64,000 nt of DNA from Candidatus Latescibacterota bacterium (lineage in GTDB: Bacteria; Latescibacterota; UBA2968; UBA8231): positions 2,592,001 through 2,656,000 of the forward strand of contig CBDETY010000003.1 in assembly GCA_965243025.1 (NCBI GenBank), given 5' to 3'. Positions within the stretch are counted from its first letter, which is position 1; the number at the start of each line of letters is the position of its first letter. The notes beneath the pieces are model-generated. The model was not told the DNA's origin. It did no database searches and saw only the letters and a program-made list of their open reading frames with translations. Made by a program: the position numbers and the translations under genes. This document shows positions 1 to 9,667 of this stretch, piece by piece.

Positions 1-1770
1 CGCCATCAGGGGATGAAGGAAACCTCCATAGGCGGCCGCGGTTATGGCCGCCGCCGCCGTCCAGGCGACGGCCCGCTGCCGGGGCGAGCTGCGCAGGTCG
101 ATCCACTGTCCGGGGATCCATGCCGCCATCGCCAGGGCCAGCAGGAAGGCGGCGGTCCATATCACCGCCTCGACCCCGAGCTGCTTGCCGAGCACCCACA
201 GCAGCCACAGGGCGGTGGCCGCCAGCAGGAACCCCATCAGCTGCTTGAAGCGCTCCATCCAGGGGCCGGGCCGCGGCAGGAAGCGGAGCCAGCCGGGCTC
301 GGCGGCGAGCAGGACGTACGGAAGCGCCATTCCCAGTCCGGTCACCAGGAAGATCCCCACGGTGACTCCGGCGCTCTGGCTGAACGCGAACCCGAGGGCG
401 GTGCCGAGGAAGGGGGCGGTGCAGGGGGTCGCCAGGATCGTCGCGAGGACGCCGTTGAAGAAGCTGCCGGCCAGCCCCTCCCCGTCGGCGAGCCCCCCGA
501 GGTTCCCCTGCCCCACGGCGATGCGCACGGTTATCAGGCCGAACAGGCTCAGGCTCAACAGGAACACCAGGGCGCAGAGGAAGATGACGAACGCCGGGGA
601 CTGGAACTGGAATCCCCAGCCGACCTGCTCCCCCCCCGACTTCACCAGCAGCACCGCGCCGGCGAGCCCGAGGAACGCCGCCACCACTCCTGCCGAGAAC
701 GCCAGCCCGAGCTGCCTGGCGCGGGCGCGCGACTCGCCGGCCTGCGACACGAACCCCAGCACCTTGAGGGAAATCACCGGAAAGACGCAGGGCATCAGGT
801 TGAGGATGAGCCCGCCGACCAGGGCGAAGAGCAGGTACGCCGGCAGGGAACCTGTCGCCGGCCCGGCGCCGGTGAACTCCATCGCCGACAGGCCGGGGCC
901 GCGGCCGGCGTCGAGATCGAGGGAGACCGTCCGGTACGACGGCCGCGGGTCCCCGGGCCTTTCGTACACCACCACCCCGGTCAGCTCTGCGGGCTTTTCC
1001 TCTCCTTCGAAGTACAGGTTCAGCTCCAGAAGCACCTGCAAGGCGGCGGAATCGACGCGGCGCGTGGGGGGATCGAGCAGAAAGCTCTCCCCCTCGATCG
1101 GGTAGAAGTCCGGAGTGGCACCGTCGACTGCGACGTCTTCTCCCCGCGGGATGATGGTCAGGGAGACCGTCTCTCCTCCCTTCGGCGCGCCTGAAACCCG
1201 GTGCTGCAGGCGCACCGGCTCCTCCGGGCCGGCCCAGGACCGGGGCATGCGCCGGCGGTGCTTTTCGAAGAGCTCCTCGTTGGCGGGCGCTGCATCCCCG
1301 GCGAGCGGCAGCCCGAGGGTCAGCAGGGTGTCGCCGGGGATGCAGACCTCGCGGCAGACCAGCCAGCTGACCTCCGCGGCGATGGCGAGGGAATCGGCGG
1401 CCTCCGGGACCCCGCTGACCTCGGCGCTGAGCATGGTCTCATCGGCGTATCCGTACACGACCAGTCCCTGCTCGTCGTACTTCTGCGGCGCTTCCCAGCG
1501 CAGCTCCCCGGCCTTCAGTCCCGGCGGCAGCCTCCACTCGACATGGCTCGGTGCCCCCGCGGCGCCTGCGTAACGCCAGTAGGTGTGCCACCCCTCGTCG
1601 ATCTCCAGCTTCACCCCCAGCTCGAACGGCTCCCCCGCCCGCACCGGGGCGCGGCTTGCCACCAGCTCCGCCCGGACCGGGTGATTGCCGAGCTCGAACC
1701 CCGCGGCCGTGCCGGAAGACAGGCCGGCCAGGGCGGCGGCCGCGGCAACCCTGACGGCGGTGTGTCTCAC
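1..1770 (-). CDS. dsbD: Thiol:disulfide interchange protein DsbD family (3' end outside window)
   Basis: Not in the ORF track; read manually on the minus strand. GTG at 1770 overlaps the upstream stop (GTGA). Signal-like N-terminus, DsbD-N motif LEIDEGWHTYW, and TM-domain motifs GGLILNLMPCVFPVISLK and LATPCTAPFLG. Confidence 0.9.
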   Translation of the reverse strand, partial: MRHTAVRVAAAAALAGLSSGTAAGFELGNHPVRAELVASRAPVRAGEPFELGVKLEIDEGWHTYWRYAGAAGAPSHVEWRLPPGLKAGELRWEAPQKYDEQGLVVYGYADETMLSAEVSGVPEAADSLAIAAEVSWLVCREVCIPGDTLLTLGLPLAGDAAPANEELFEKHRRRMPRSWAGPEEPVRLQHRVSGAPKGGETVSLTIIPRGEDVAVDGATPDFYPIEGESFLLDPPTRRVDSAALQVLLELNLYFEGEEKPAELTGVVVYERPGDPRPSYRTVSLDLDAGRGPGLSAMEFTGAGPATGSLPAYLLFALVGGLILNLMPCVFPVISLKVLGFVSQAGESRARARQLGLAFSAGVVAAFLGLAGAVLLVKSGGEQVGWGFQFQSPAFVIFLCALVFLLSLSLFGLITVRIAVGQGNLGGLADGEGLAGSFFNGVLATILATPCTAPFLGTALGFAFSQSAGVTVGIFLVTGLGMALPYVLLAAEPGWLRFLPRPGPWMERFKQLMGFLLAATALWLLWVLGKQLGVEAVIWTAAFLLALAMAAWIPGQWIDLRSSPRQRAVAWTAAAAITAAAYGGFLHPLMA

Positions 1771-2897
1771 GAAATTTCCTCCCATGCCAGATGCTCCTGA
1801 ACGATCTCCTGATTGAGCTCCACCCCCAGTCCGGGGCTCTCCGGCACCGCCATGAAACCCCCTTCGACCCGCTCCGGAGGCGAGATCAGCTGCTCCCGCC
1901 ACGGCACTTCCCCGAAGGCGTACTCCAGGACGAGGAAGTTCCCGATCGAGGCGGCCAGGTGGACCCCGGCGGCCGTCGACACCGGTCCGGCCGGACTGTG
2001 GGGGGCGACCGGGATGTTCCGGGTCTCCGCCAGGGCGGCGATGCGCCGGCACTCGCTGATGCCGCCGGCGTGCTTGACGTCCGGCATGACGACGTCTACC
2101 GCTCCCCGGCTGACGTACTCCCAGAACCCCTCGCGCCCGAAGAACGACTCCCCTCCCGCAAGGGTCAGCCCGGAGGTCTCGCGCAACGCGCACATCTCTG
2201 AGACCTGGTCCCGGGGCAGCGGTTCCTCGAACCAGAAGAGGCCGAGGCCGCGCACCTTTTCCGCGGCCCTGCGCGCCAGGGCGAGGTTGAAGCGGCAGTG
2301 GCAGTCGACGAGCAGGTCGACGCCGGGACCGACCGCTTCCCGCGAGGCGGCTATGCGGGCGACGCCGAGATCGAGGTCCTCCTCGACTCCGTCGCGGTCG
2401 AGCCGGTCATGCCTGATCTCGTCGAACGGGGTGCACTTGACGGCGCGGAAGCCGGCCTCGACCGCCGCGCCCGCAGCGCGCGCGAACCCATCGGCGGAGC
2501 GGTCCCGGGTGCCGCGGTTGAGGTTGGCGTAGAGCCGCACCCGCTGGCGCCGCCTCCCCCCGAGCAGGCGCCATACCGGCACCTCGAGAGCCTTCGCGGC
2601 GATATCCCAGAGCGCCTGGTCGATGGCGCTCACTGCCGTCGCCGCAACCCGTCCGGAGCCGGCGAAGATGTCGTGCGAGCGCGCCAGCCGGTCCCAGGTC
2701 ACCTCGGGCTGGGTCGGGTCGGCGCCGGCCAGCCGCTCCCCGAGCTGGAGAAGGCACTCCTTCACCAAACGGTCGTTGCCGCCCTGGCTCGCCTCGCCGA
2801 TTCCCGTCACCCCGGCATCGGTCCGCACCTCGACCAGGATCCAGTTGCCGCGCGGGGAGGCTTCGATCTCGAGCACCCGGACCCCGGTTATTTTCAC
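1767..2897 (-). CDS. Mandelate racemase/muconate lactonizing enzyme family protein (galactonate dehydratase-like)
   Basis: MKITGV start, SAIDQALWDI, VDCH, WFEEP, GGES, MPDVKHAGG, APH and PGLG enolase-superfamily motifs. Start moved from 2969 to GTG 2897. Confidence 0.85.
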   Translation of the reverse strand: MKITGVRVLEIEASPRGNWILVEVRTDAGVTGIGEASQGGNDRLVKECLLQLGERLAGADPTQPEVTWDRLARSHDIFAGSGRVAATAVSAIDQALWDIAAKALEVPVWRLLGGRRRQRVRLYANLNRGTRDRSADGFARAAGAAVEAGFRAVKCTPFDEIRHDRLDRDGVEEDLDLGVARIAASREAVGPGVDLLVDCHCRFNLALARRAAEKVRGLGLFWFEEPLPRDQVSEMCALRETSGLTLAGGESFFGREGFWEYVSRGAVDVVMPDVKHAGGISECRRIAALAETRNIPVAPHSPAGPVSTAAGVHLAASIGNFLVLEYAFGEVPWREQLISPPERVEGGFMAVPESPGLGVELNQEIVQEHLAWEEIS

Positions 2898-3026
2898 CGG
2901 CCGCCCCTTCCGGAGACAGGCATGCCAAAACCTTCCCTGTCTGAAGCCGTGCACGCCGAGGCGGGGCATCTCCCTGATGGAAAGCCCGGAATCGAACCGG
3001 AGTCCCGGAGAGCCGGATCTTTCATT

Positions 3027-4328
3027 TCAGCGGAGCTCAATGTCGGCTCCGAGGGAGACCAGGTCGTCGAAGAAAGCCGGGTAGGACTTGCCGACGGTCT
3101 CGGCGTCGGCGAGGGTCAGTCCCCCCCGGCAGCGCAGGCCCAGAACCGCCAGCATCTGCGCGACGCGGTGGTCCTCGTGGGTGTCGGCCTCGACCCCCCC
3201 CTGATAGCCGCCCGGGTTCCCCCGAACGACGATCTCCGACTCCCCCTCCTCGCAGTCGACGCCGATCCGCCGCAGCTCCCGCACCGGGACGGAGATGCGG
3301 TCGCACTCTTTCAGGCGCAGGTTGCCGATGCCGAACACCCGGGTCTCCCCCGCAGCCAGCGCCGCCACCGGCAGCGTCGCCAGGACCATGTCGGTGGCGG
3401 TGTCGCCGTCGAACTCGATCCCCCGCAGGCCCTGGTGCCTTCCGGTCTTCACGGTGCTGCCGTCGTAATCCACGGGGACCCCGAAACCGCGCAGCACCTC
3501 GATGACGGCGCGCTCCCCCTGCCGGTCCTCGAAGAGGCGCTCGACGGCGATCTCGCTGTTGGTGACCGCGGCGGCGGCCAGCACCGCCGCGGCCGAGGGA
3601 TAGTCCCCGTTCACGGAGTACTCTCCCGGCCGGTAGCGCTGCCCGCCAGGGATCTCGAAACGCATGAGATCCTCCTGCGCAGCGACCTCGATGCCGGCCG
3701 CGGCCAGCACCTCCAGGGTGGTGCGGACCAGGGGCTTCGAAACCAGCCTGTCGACCACCTCGATCTCGACGCCCTCCCCGATCAGCGGCGCCAGGAACAG
3801 CAGCGCGCTCAGGAACTGCGAGCTCAGGGCCCCGCTGACCTGCACCCTGCCGCCGTGCAGGCGGCCGCCGCGGATCGCAACCGGCAGCCTCCCCCGGTCC
3901 GATTCGGATTTCGCTCCCAGCTGATCGAGGGCTGCCAGCAGATCGCCGTGAGGCCGCTGGCCGAGGGACCCGGCGTAGCCGGTCTCGAAGCGGACCTCGG
4001 GGAGCAGGGCCCCTATCGCCATCAGGAAACGGGTTACGGCGCCGGCGTTGCCGGCGTTGAGGACACCGGCTTCCCGCGGGCGCCTGCCGAATCCGCGGAT
4101 GCGCAGGTGGCGGCCCCCTTCGCCGTCCGTCTCTTCCCCGATTTCGGCTCCGAGGGCCCTCAGGCATCTCAGAAGCGCCTCGGAGTCCTCGCTGCGGGCG
4201 GGGTAATGGACGCAGCTTTCCCCTTCTGCCAGGGCCGCGGCCAACAGGTAACGGGTGGTGTAGTTCTTCGACGACGGGGGGTTCAGCCTTCCCCCCAACT
4301 GTTCGGTGTAGCGGACGTGGGCTTTCAT
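3027..4328 (-). CDS. aroA: 3-phosphoshikimate 1-carboxyvinyltransferase (EPSP synthase)
   Basis: SKNYTTR, GNAG, SSQF, RLKECDRI, DHR and KSYPAFF motifs. Start at MKAHVRY. Confidence 0.95.
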   Translation of the reverse strand: MKAHVRYTEQLGGRLNPPSSKNYTTRYLLAAALAEGESCVHYPARSEDSEALLRCLRALGAEIGEETDGEGGRHLRIRGFGRRPREAGVLNAGNAGAVTRFLMAIGALLPEVRFETGYAGSLGQRPHGDLLAALDQLGAKSESDRGRLPVAIRGGRLHGGRVQVSGALSSQFLSALLFLAPLIGEGVEIEVVDRLVSKPLVRTTLEVLAAAGIEVAAQEDLMRFEIPGGQRYRPGEYSVNGDYPSAAAVLAAAAVTNSEIAVERLFEDRQGERAVIEVLRGFGVPVDYDGSTVKTGRHQGLRGIEFDGDTATDMVLATLPVAALAAGETRVFGIGNLRLKECDRISVPVRELRRIGVDCEEGESEIVVRGNPGGYQGGVEADTHEDHRVAQMLAVLGLRCRGGLTLADAETVGKSYPAFFDDLVSLGADIELR

Positions 4329-4351
4329 GCCGCGGTTTTTCTCGCGCCTCT

Positions 4352-5401
4352 TCAGAACCGTCCCGATCGCACTTCGTATTTCGTCGGCATGCCGAGGCTG
4401 CGCCCTCCCCGCGCCACCCAGCGGGCGGTCCACCGGATCATGGTTTCCGCCGGGACCTCCGGGGGCCCCAGCCGCTCGATCAACCTGCTGGCATTGCCGA
4501 GGAGGGAGGTCGGTGCTTCGCTTCCGGAAAATACCGGCCGCCTCCCCATCGCCTCCCCTGCCTCCTCGGCGATGGCGCGCACCGACAGCACCTCCGGTCC
4601 GGTCATGTTGACGACCTCGGGCGGGTTGGAGCAGAGCGGAAAGCAGCGCGCCAGCCAGGCGTTGGCGTCCCCCTGCCAGATCTGGTTGACGTGACCCGTC
4701 GTCAGGTCGACCGGCTCGCCGGCGTGCACGCGCCCGGCGATGTCGCGGATAATGCCGTAGCGCAGCTCGGCCGCGTAGAACAGGCGCACTGTGAGCAGCG
4801 CGGTGCCGTGCTTCAGTGCGGCGTACTCGGCGAGTCGCTCTCCCCCGAGCCGGGACTGGGCGTACTCCCCGACCGGCCCCACCGGGTCGGTTTCCCTGGA
4901 GCCGCCGCTTGCCGCCGCGCTGAACGGGTACACGTTGCCGCTGCTCACGTAGATGACGCGGGCGCCGCGGTAGCGGGCGACGAGACGGCCCGGCAGCTCG
5001 GCGTTGACCGCCCAGGTCGCCGCGGGATTCCCCGAGGAGCCGAACTTGTGACCGGCCAGGAGCAGCACCTGCCCGGCGTCCGGCAGCGACCGCAGGGCCC
5101 CCTCCTCCATCAGGTCGGCGGCGACCGTCCCGACTCCTGCGCCCTGGAGGTATTCCCGCAGACCCGGCTGGGAAAAGCGTGACACGGCGATCACCTCCGC
5201 CCCTGCCCTGGAGAGCAGCTCGGCCAGGGTCGGCCCCATCTTGCCGCCGGCGCCGAGAATCACCACCGGCCCGTCGAGGGCCTCCGCCGCCTGGGCCACC
5301 GCGGCGCTCGGGGTCGTCAGCTGCGCGATCAGCTGCTCTTCCGTTTCGATGCCGGCCTGCTCGATTCCCGCCATCGAGTTGCCGTCCGATTGTTGGGCCA
5401 T
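4352..5401 (-). CDS. NAD-dependent epimerase/dehydratase (extended SDR)
   Basis: GAGGKMG Rossmann motif, SSGNVY and YAQSR. Only the C-terminal ~350 aa of the 1084-aa track ORF is real; the rest is antisense to rarA. Confidence 0.85.
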   Translation of the reverse strand: MAQQSDGNSMAGIEQAGIETEEQLIAQLTTPSAAVAQAAEALDGPVVILGAGGKMGPTLAELLSRAGAEVIAVSRFSQPGLREYLQGAGVGTVAADLMEEGALRSLPDAGQVLLLAGHKFGSSGNPAATWAVNAELPGRLVARYRGARVIYVSSGNVYPFSAAASGGSRETDPVGPVGEYAQSRLGGERLAEYAALKHGTALLTVRLFYAAELRYGIIRDIAGRVHAGEPVDLTTGHVNQIWQGDANAWLARCFPLCSNPPEVVNMTGPEVLSVRAIAEEAGEAMGRRPVFSGSEAPTSLLGNASRLIERLGPPEVPAETMIRWTARWVARGGRSLGMPTKYEVRSGRF

Positions 5402-5446
5402 TCCCGCTCGGTTACCTTCCCGGAAATAAGGTACTGTCTTTGCCCG

Positions 5447-7723
5447 ATGCCCGAACCCATGCCGGAACAGCGACCCAGAAGGAGCGCCCCCGACCTCGAC
5501 CTGTTCGCCGCGGGGCGCCGCGACCAGCTGGAGCGCGAGCAGCCGCTGGCGGCGCGTCTGCGACCCGCGGCGCTCGACGACTTCGTCGGCCAGGACCACA
5601 TCCTCGGGCCCGGACGGCTGCTGCGCCGCGCGATCCAGGCCGATCAGCTCTCCTCGGTCATCTTCTACGGCCCACCCGGAACCGGCAAGACCACTCTCGC
5701 CCACGTCATCGCCAACACGACGCGTTCCCATTTCATCACCATCAACGCCGTGCTCGCCGGGGTCGCCGATATCCGGCAGGCGATCGACGAAGCGAGGGAA
5801 CGCCGCCACCTCCACGGCCAGCGCACCATCCTCTTCATCGACGAGGTTCACCGCTTCAACAAGGCCCAGCAGGACGCGCTCCTGCCCTGGGTCGAGAACG
5901 GCACCGTCATCCTCATCGGGGCGACCACCGAGAACCCGTACTTCGCCGTCAACCGGCCGCTGGTATCCCGCAGCCGCCTGTTCCAGCTCAAATCCCTGAC
6001 CGAGAGCGACCTCGACGCCGTGGCCCGAAACGCCCTGACCGATCCCCGGGGGTACGGAGATCTCGAGGGCCTGACCGTCGACGACGACGCCCTCGCCCAT
6101 CTCGTCGACGTCGCCAACGGGGACGCCCGGGCGCTGCTGAACGCCCTCGAGCTCGCGGTCGAGACCACGGCTCCGAGCGACGGCCGCGTGCATGTCGATC
6201 TCGCCGTCGCCGAAGAATCGATCCAGCGTCGCGCCGTTCTCTACGACAAGGAGGGCGACTACCACTTCGACTCGATCAGCGCCTTCATCAAGTCGATGCG
6301 GGGCTCGGATCCGGACGCCGCCCTGTACTGGATGGCCCGCATGGTCTACGCCGGGGAGGATCCGCGGTTCATCTTCCGCCGCATGATCATCTTCGCCAGC
6401 GAGGACGTCGGCCTCGCCGACCCGGGAGCCCTGCCGCTGGTCGTCGCCGCCGCCGAAGCCTTCGACCGGGTCGGTCTGCCGGAAGGCCGCTTCGCCCTGG
6501 CGCAGGCGGCGCTGCACCTGGCGACCGCTCCCAAGAGCAACTCCTCCATGGCCTTCTTCGACGCCCTCGCCGCGGTCGGGAAGGAGCGCGAAGACGAGGT
6601 CCCCAACCATCTCAAGGACGCCAACCGCGACAGCGAGGGATTCGGCCACGGGGAGGGGTACCTCTACCCGCACGCCTACCGCGACCACTGGGTCGCCCAG
6701 CAGTACCTGCCCGCCAATCTCCAGGGGCGCGTCTTCTACCAGCCCTCGGACCGGGGGCACGAGGCCGGCATCCGCACCGAGGTTGCCCGCCGCCGCGAGT
6801 TGCAGCTCGCCGCGGTGATGGAGGGCGGCCCCGACCTGGCGGCGCCGGAACACCTGTCCCACTCGCCGGCGGACCGCGCCCGCGACCAGTGGCTGGAGCG
6901 GGCCGGCGGCGAGGCCGGGGCCCTGAACGGCCATCTCCGGGAAGAGGTCTTCCGCTCCCTCGGGCTCGAGCGCCACCACCGCGTCCTCGACCTGGCCGCC
7001 GGCTCCGGCCTGCTGACCTGGGAGGCGCTGCGCCGGGTCCCCGAGGGAACGGTCTGGTCGGTCTGCACCGACGCCGCCTCCGCGGCGGCACTGCGGGAGC
7101 TGGCAGCCGCCCACCTCGAAGAGCTCGACCGCCCGCGCGTTCTCGAGACCGCCGTCGAGGACCTCGGCCCCGCGGTCGAGGCCGCAGATCCCCAAATGCG
7201 TTTCGAGGCGATCATCGGCCGCAACGCCGTCGGTTCCTCCGGGGAGAAGGAGCAGATCGCCCGCCAGCTCCGCGGCCTCGCCGCCCCGGGGTGCCGGCTG
7301 CGGCTCTGGGAAGTGGTGCAGCGGCGAGCCCAGCGCCTCTGCCGGCTCGTCGACCTCGGCGAGTTGGAAGGGGATCTGAATGAGCGGGTGGTCAGCGCCG
7401 AGGAGGCGATCTACGACGACCCGGAAAACCCGCGGGTCAACTGGGTGGAAGATGACCTGAAACGGCTGCTGCAGGAGGCTGGGTTCGAGGAGGTGGAGTA
7501 CGCAACCGAGGAGCGGACGACGGTGCGCCGGATCGAAACGCGGCAACTCGGCCACTGGTTCAATCCCGGGGGGGAGAAACACCCGACCTTCGCGCGTTAC
7601 CTGCACCGACAGCTCGACAACGCCTCGTTGCGGCAGGTGCGCGGCCTGTTCGAGCGCCAGCTCAACGGCAGCAAGGTGCGCTGGACTGCGACCTACTCGC
7701 TGTTTTCCGCGGTTGCCCCCTGA
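5447..7723 (+). CDS. rarA: Replication-associated recombination protein A (RarA/MgsA AAA+ ATPase) with C-terminal SAM-methyltransferase-like extension
   Basis: PLAARLRP, GPPGTGKTT, FIDEVHRFNKAQQD, GATTENP, SAFIKSMRGSDPDAA and YLYPH. The extra domain contains VLDLAAGSGLL. Confidence 0.92.
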   Translation: MPEPMPEQRPRRSAPDLDLFAAGRRDQLEREQPLAARLRPAALDDFVGQDHILGPGRLLRRAIQADQLSSVIFYGPPGTGKTTLAHVIANTTRSHFITINAVLAGVADIRQAIDEARERRHLHGQRTILFIDEVHRFNKAQQDALLPWVENGTVILIGATTENPYFAVNRPLVSRSRLFQLKSLTESDLDAVARNALTDPRGYGDLEGLTVDDDALAHLVDVANGDARALLNALELAVETTAPSDGRVHVDLAVAEESIQRRAVLYDKEGDYHFDSISAFIKSMRGSDPDAALYWMARMVYAGEDPRFIFRRMIIFASEDVGLADPGALPLVVAAAEAFDRVGLPEGRFALAQAALHLATAPKSNSSMAFFDALAAVGKEREDEVPNHLKDANRDSEGFGHGEGYLYPHAYRDHWVAQQYLPANLQGRVFYQPSDRGHEAGIRTEVARRRELQLAAVMEGGPDLAAPEHLSHSPADRARDQWLERAGGEAGALNGHLREEVFRSLGLERHHRVLDLAAGSGLLTWEALRRVPEGTVWSVCTDAASAAALRELAAAHLEELDRPRVLETAVEDLGPAVEAADPQMRFEAIIGRNAVGSSGEKEQIARQLRGLAAPGCRLRLWEVVQRRAQRLCRLVDLGELEGDLNERVVSAEEAIYDDPENPRVNWVEDDLKRLLQEAGFEEVEYATEERTTVRRIETRQLGHWFNPGGEKHPTFARYLHRQLDNASLRQVRGLFERQLNGSKVRWTATYSLFSAVAP

Positions 7724-7733
7724 CCGGGGGAAA

Positions 7734-8249
7734 TCAGATCATGTCGCCGAAACGCTGCTCGAAAAACAGGGCGAACTGTTGCGGCAGCAGCGGCAGCAGC
7801 CGGGCGATGATCGCGAACATCCCCGGGGCCACCACGCTTTCCTTCAGCCAGCCCATCCCCTCCGGCAGGTAGCGGCCGATCATCAGCACGGCCGCCAGCA
7901 GAACCTGCAGCGCCACCAGCACTCCGAAGATCCCTCCGAGAAGGCGGTCGATCCATCCGAGGAACATGGCGTGCACCGCCTTGCGCAGCAGCCGGGAGAC
8001 GACGTTCACGCTGAGGGCGATCGAGGCGAACACCAGGGCGAAGCTGGCGGCGAAACGGAGCCGGGAGTCCTCGAAGTCGGGCAGCAGCGGCAGGGCGGCG
8101 TCCTGGAGATGGAGGCCCCCGAGAAGACCGAGGCCTATGGCCAGGAACGTCGCCAGCTGGAGTATCAACCCCTGGCGGTAGCCGCGCAGGCCGAGAAGGG
8201 CGACGAGCCCCAGGGCGGTCCAGTCGAGCCAGTGAATGCCGCTGATCAC
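7734..8249 (-). CDS. cvpA: CvpA family membrane protein
   Basis: LD...G...RGL N-terminus, LGWIDRLLGGIFG motif, about 4 TM helices. Confidence 0.85.
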   Translation of the reverse strand: MISGIHWLDWTALGLVALLGLRGYRQGLILQLATFLAIGLGLLGGLHLQDAALPLLPDFEDSRLRFAASFALVFASIALSVNVVSRLLRKAVHAMFLGWIDRLLGGIFGVLVALQVLLAAVLMIGRYLPEGMGWLKESVVAPGMFAIIARLLPLLPQQFALFFEQRFGDMI

Positions 8250-8434
8250 GTTGTCCGGTTGCTCCTTCCCCGGGAGCGATTTAGATTACGGCCCTTCATT
8301 CCGGAGCTTGTTATCGTATTCCGGTGTATCCTGCCGGCCTGAAAGCCGGTGGCGGAGCAGATTCGAGTGCTCCAGCCCTCGCCCGCAAAGCTACTTTCAC
8401 ACTTCCTGCCCGACAACGTCGGTTGACTTCACTG

Positions 8435-9667
8435 ATGATCAGGACACGGATGTTGCCGGCCCTGGCCGCGATGGCCCTGGGGACCGGCTGTACGACCACC
8501 GAGCAGGAGGTCGCCGAGCAGATCGAGGTGCTGGCCTCCAACGAGATCGATTCGGAACGCTGGAACCAGGCGGTTGACGAACTGGTTTCCATCGGCCGCC
8601 CGGCGGCGCGCCAGCTGATGGTACTTCTCGATCCGGCCAAGTACAAGGGCAAGGACTACCGGGAGTTCCGGGCCGAGATCGAGCAGACGCGAACCGGGGC
8701 CACCGTCGTGCTGGGGCGCATCAAGCACAAGGCGGCTTCGGCGCAGATCCACCCCCGGACCGCGGCGGTGACCTACACCTACCCGGAGCGGGTCGCCAGC
8801 CTCAGGGCCGTCGGCGAGCTGGGGTACAACCAGCCGGCGGTAACCGCCCTGAAGGCGCTCTTCGACGGGGACGGGGACCCCGTCATCCGCCTCTACACCG
8901 CCCTGGCCCTCGTCAAGATGAACGAAACTTCCGGCGTCGGCGCAGTGCACGCCGCGCTCTCCGCCGACGCCGACCCCGCCCTCGCGGAAATCGCCATAGA
9001 AGAGCTGCGCCGGACCAACTATTTCGGGGTTCCCCTGCTGGTGGATCTGCTCGCCTCGGACACTCCCTACCGCGAGCAGATCTCCTCCGCCCTCGGCGAT
9101 GTGGAGAAGGGCCTGCTGCAGCAGCTGGAATCAGACGATCCGGAAATCCGCATGCACTCGGCGCAGGCCCTCGGCAACGTCGGCAACCCGGAGGCGATCA
9201 GCGCCCTTTCCATGCTTCTCGACGATCCGAGCAACCTCGTCCGCTTCAACGCCGCGGCTTCGATGTCCCGGCTCGGGGACGAGGGCGGAACCGATTTCCT
9301 CTTCGCCTCGATGGGCAGCGACGATCCCATCCTGCGGGTCAACGCGGTGAAATCGCTTGTCGAGGTGCAACGCAGCTCCGGCGCGGTCGAGGAACGGCTG
9401 ATCGCCACCTTGTCGGACGACCAGCAGCTCGCCCGTTCCGGGGCCGCCCAGGTCCTCGGCCAGGCCCGGGTGCTCGCCGCGGTCCCGCAGCTTCGCGATG
9501 CCGTTTCCGACAGCTCCCCGGAGGTGCGCTTCAACGCCGTGATCGCCCTCGGAAGAATCGCCTCCCCGGAGGCGCGCGAGCAGCTCGCCACCCTGGTCGA
9601 CGACGACGACGCCACCGTCGCCTATTACGCGGAATGGGCCCTCAAGCAGCTCGGAGGTTCCTCGTGA
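8435..9667 (+). CDS. HEAT-repeat lipoprotein
   Basis: Lipobox-like ALGTGC, then repeated D..P.VR..A..ALG HEAT units. Confidence 0.8.
   Translation: MIRTRMLPALAAMALGTGCTTTEQEVAEQIEVLASNEIDSERWNQAVDELVSIGRPAARQLMVLLDPAKYKGKDYREFRAEIEQTRTGATVVLGRIKHKAASAQIHPRTAAVTYTYPERVASLRAVGELGYNQPAVTALKALFDGDGDPVIRLYTALALVKMNETSGVGAVHAALSADADPALAEIAIEELRRTNYFGVPLLVDLLASDTPYREQISSALGDVEKGLLQQLESDDPEIRMHSAQALGNVGNPEAISALSMLLDDPSNLVRFNAAASMSRLGDEGGTDFLFASMGSDDPILRVNAVKSLVEVQRSSGAVEERLIATLSDDQQLARSGAAQVLGQARVLAAVPQLRDAVSDSSPEVRFNAVIALGRIASPEAREQLATLVDDDDATVAYYAEWALKQLGGSS

Noticed and set aside
13-1800. Plus-strand ORFs 13..1194, 44..1105, 1115..1573 and 1201..1800
   Set aside because: Antisense shadows of the minus-strand dsbD gene; long shadow ORFs are expected at this GC content.
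5402-7606. Apparent 1084-aa ORF (huge N-terminal extension on the epimerase)
   Set aside because: The extension is the antisense frame of rarA; the real gene starts at about 5401.
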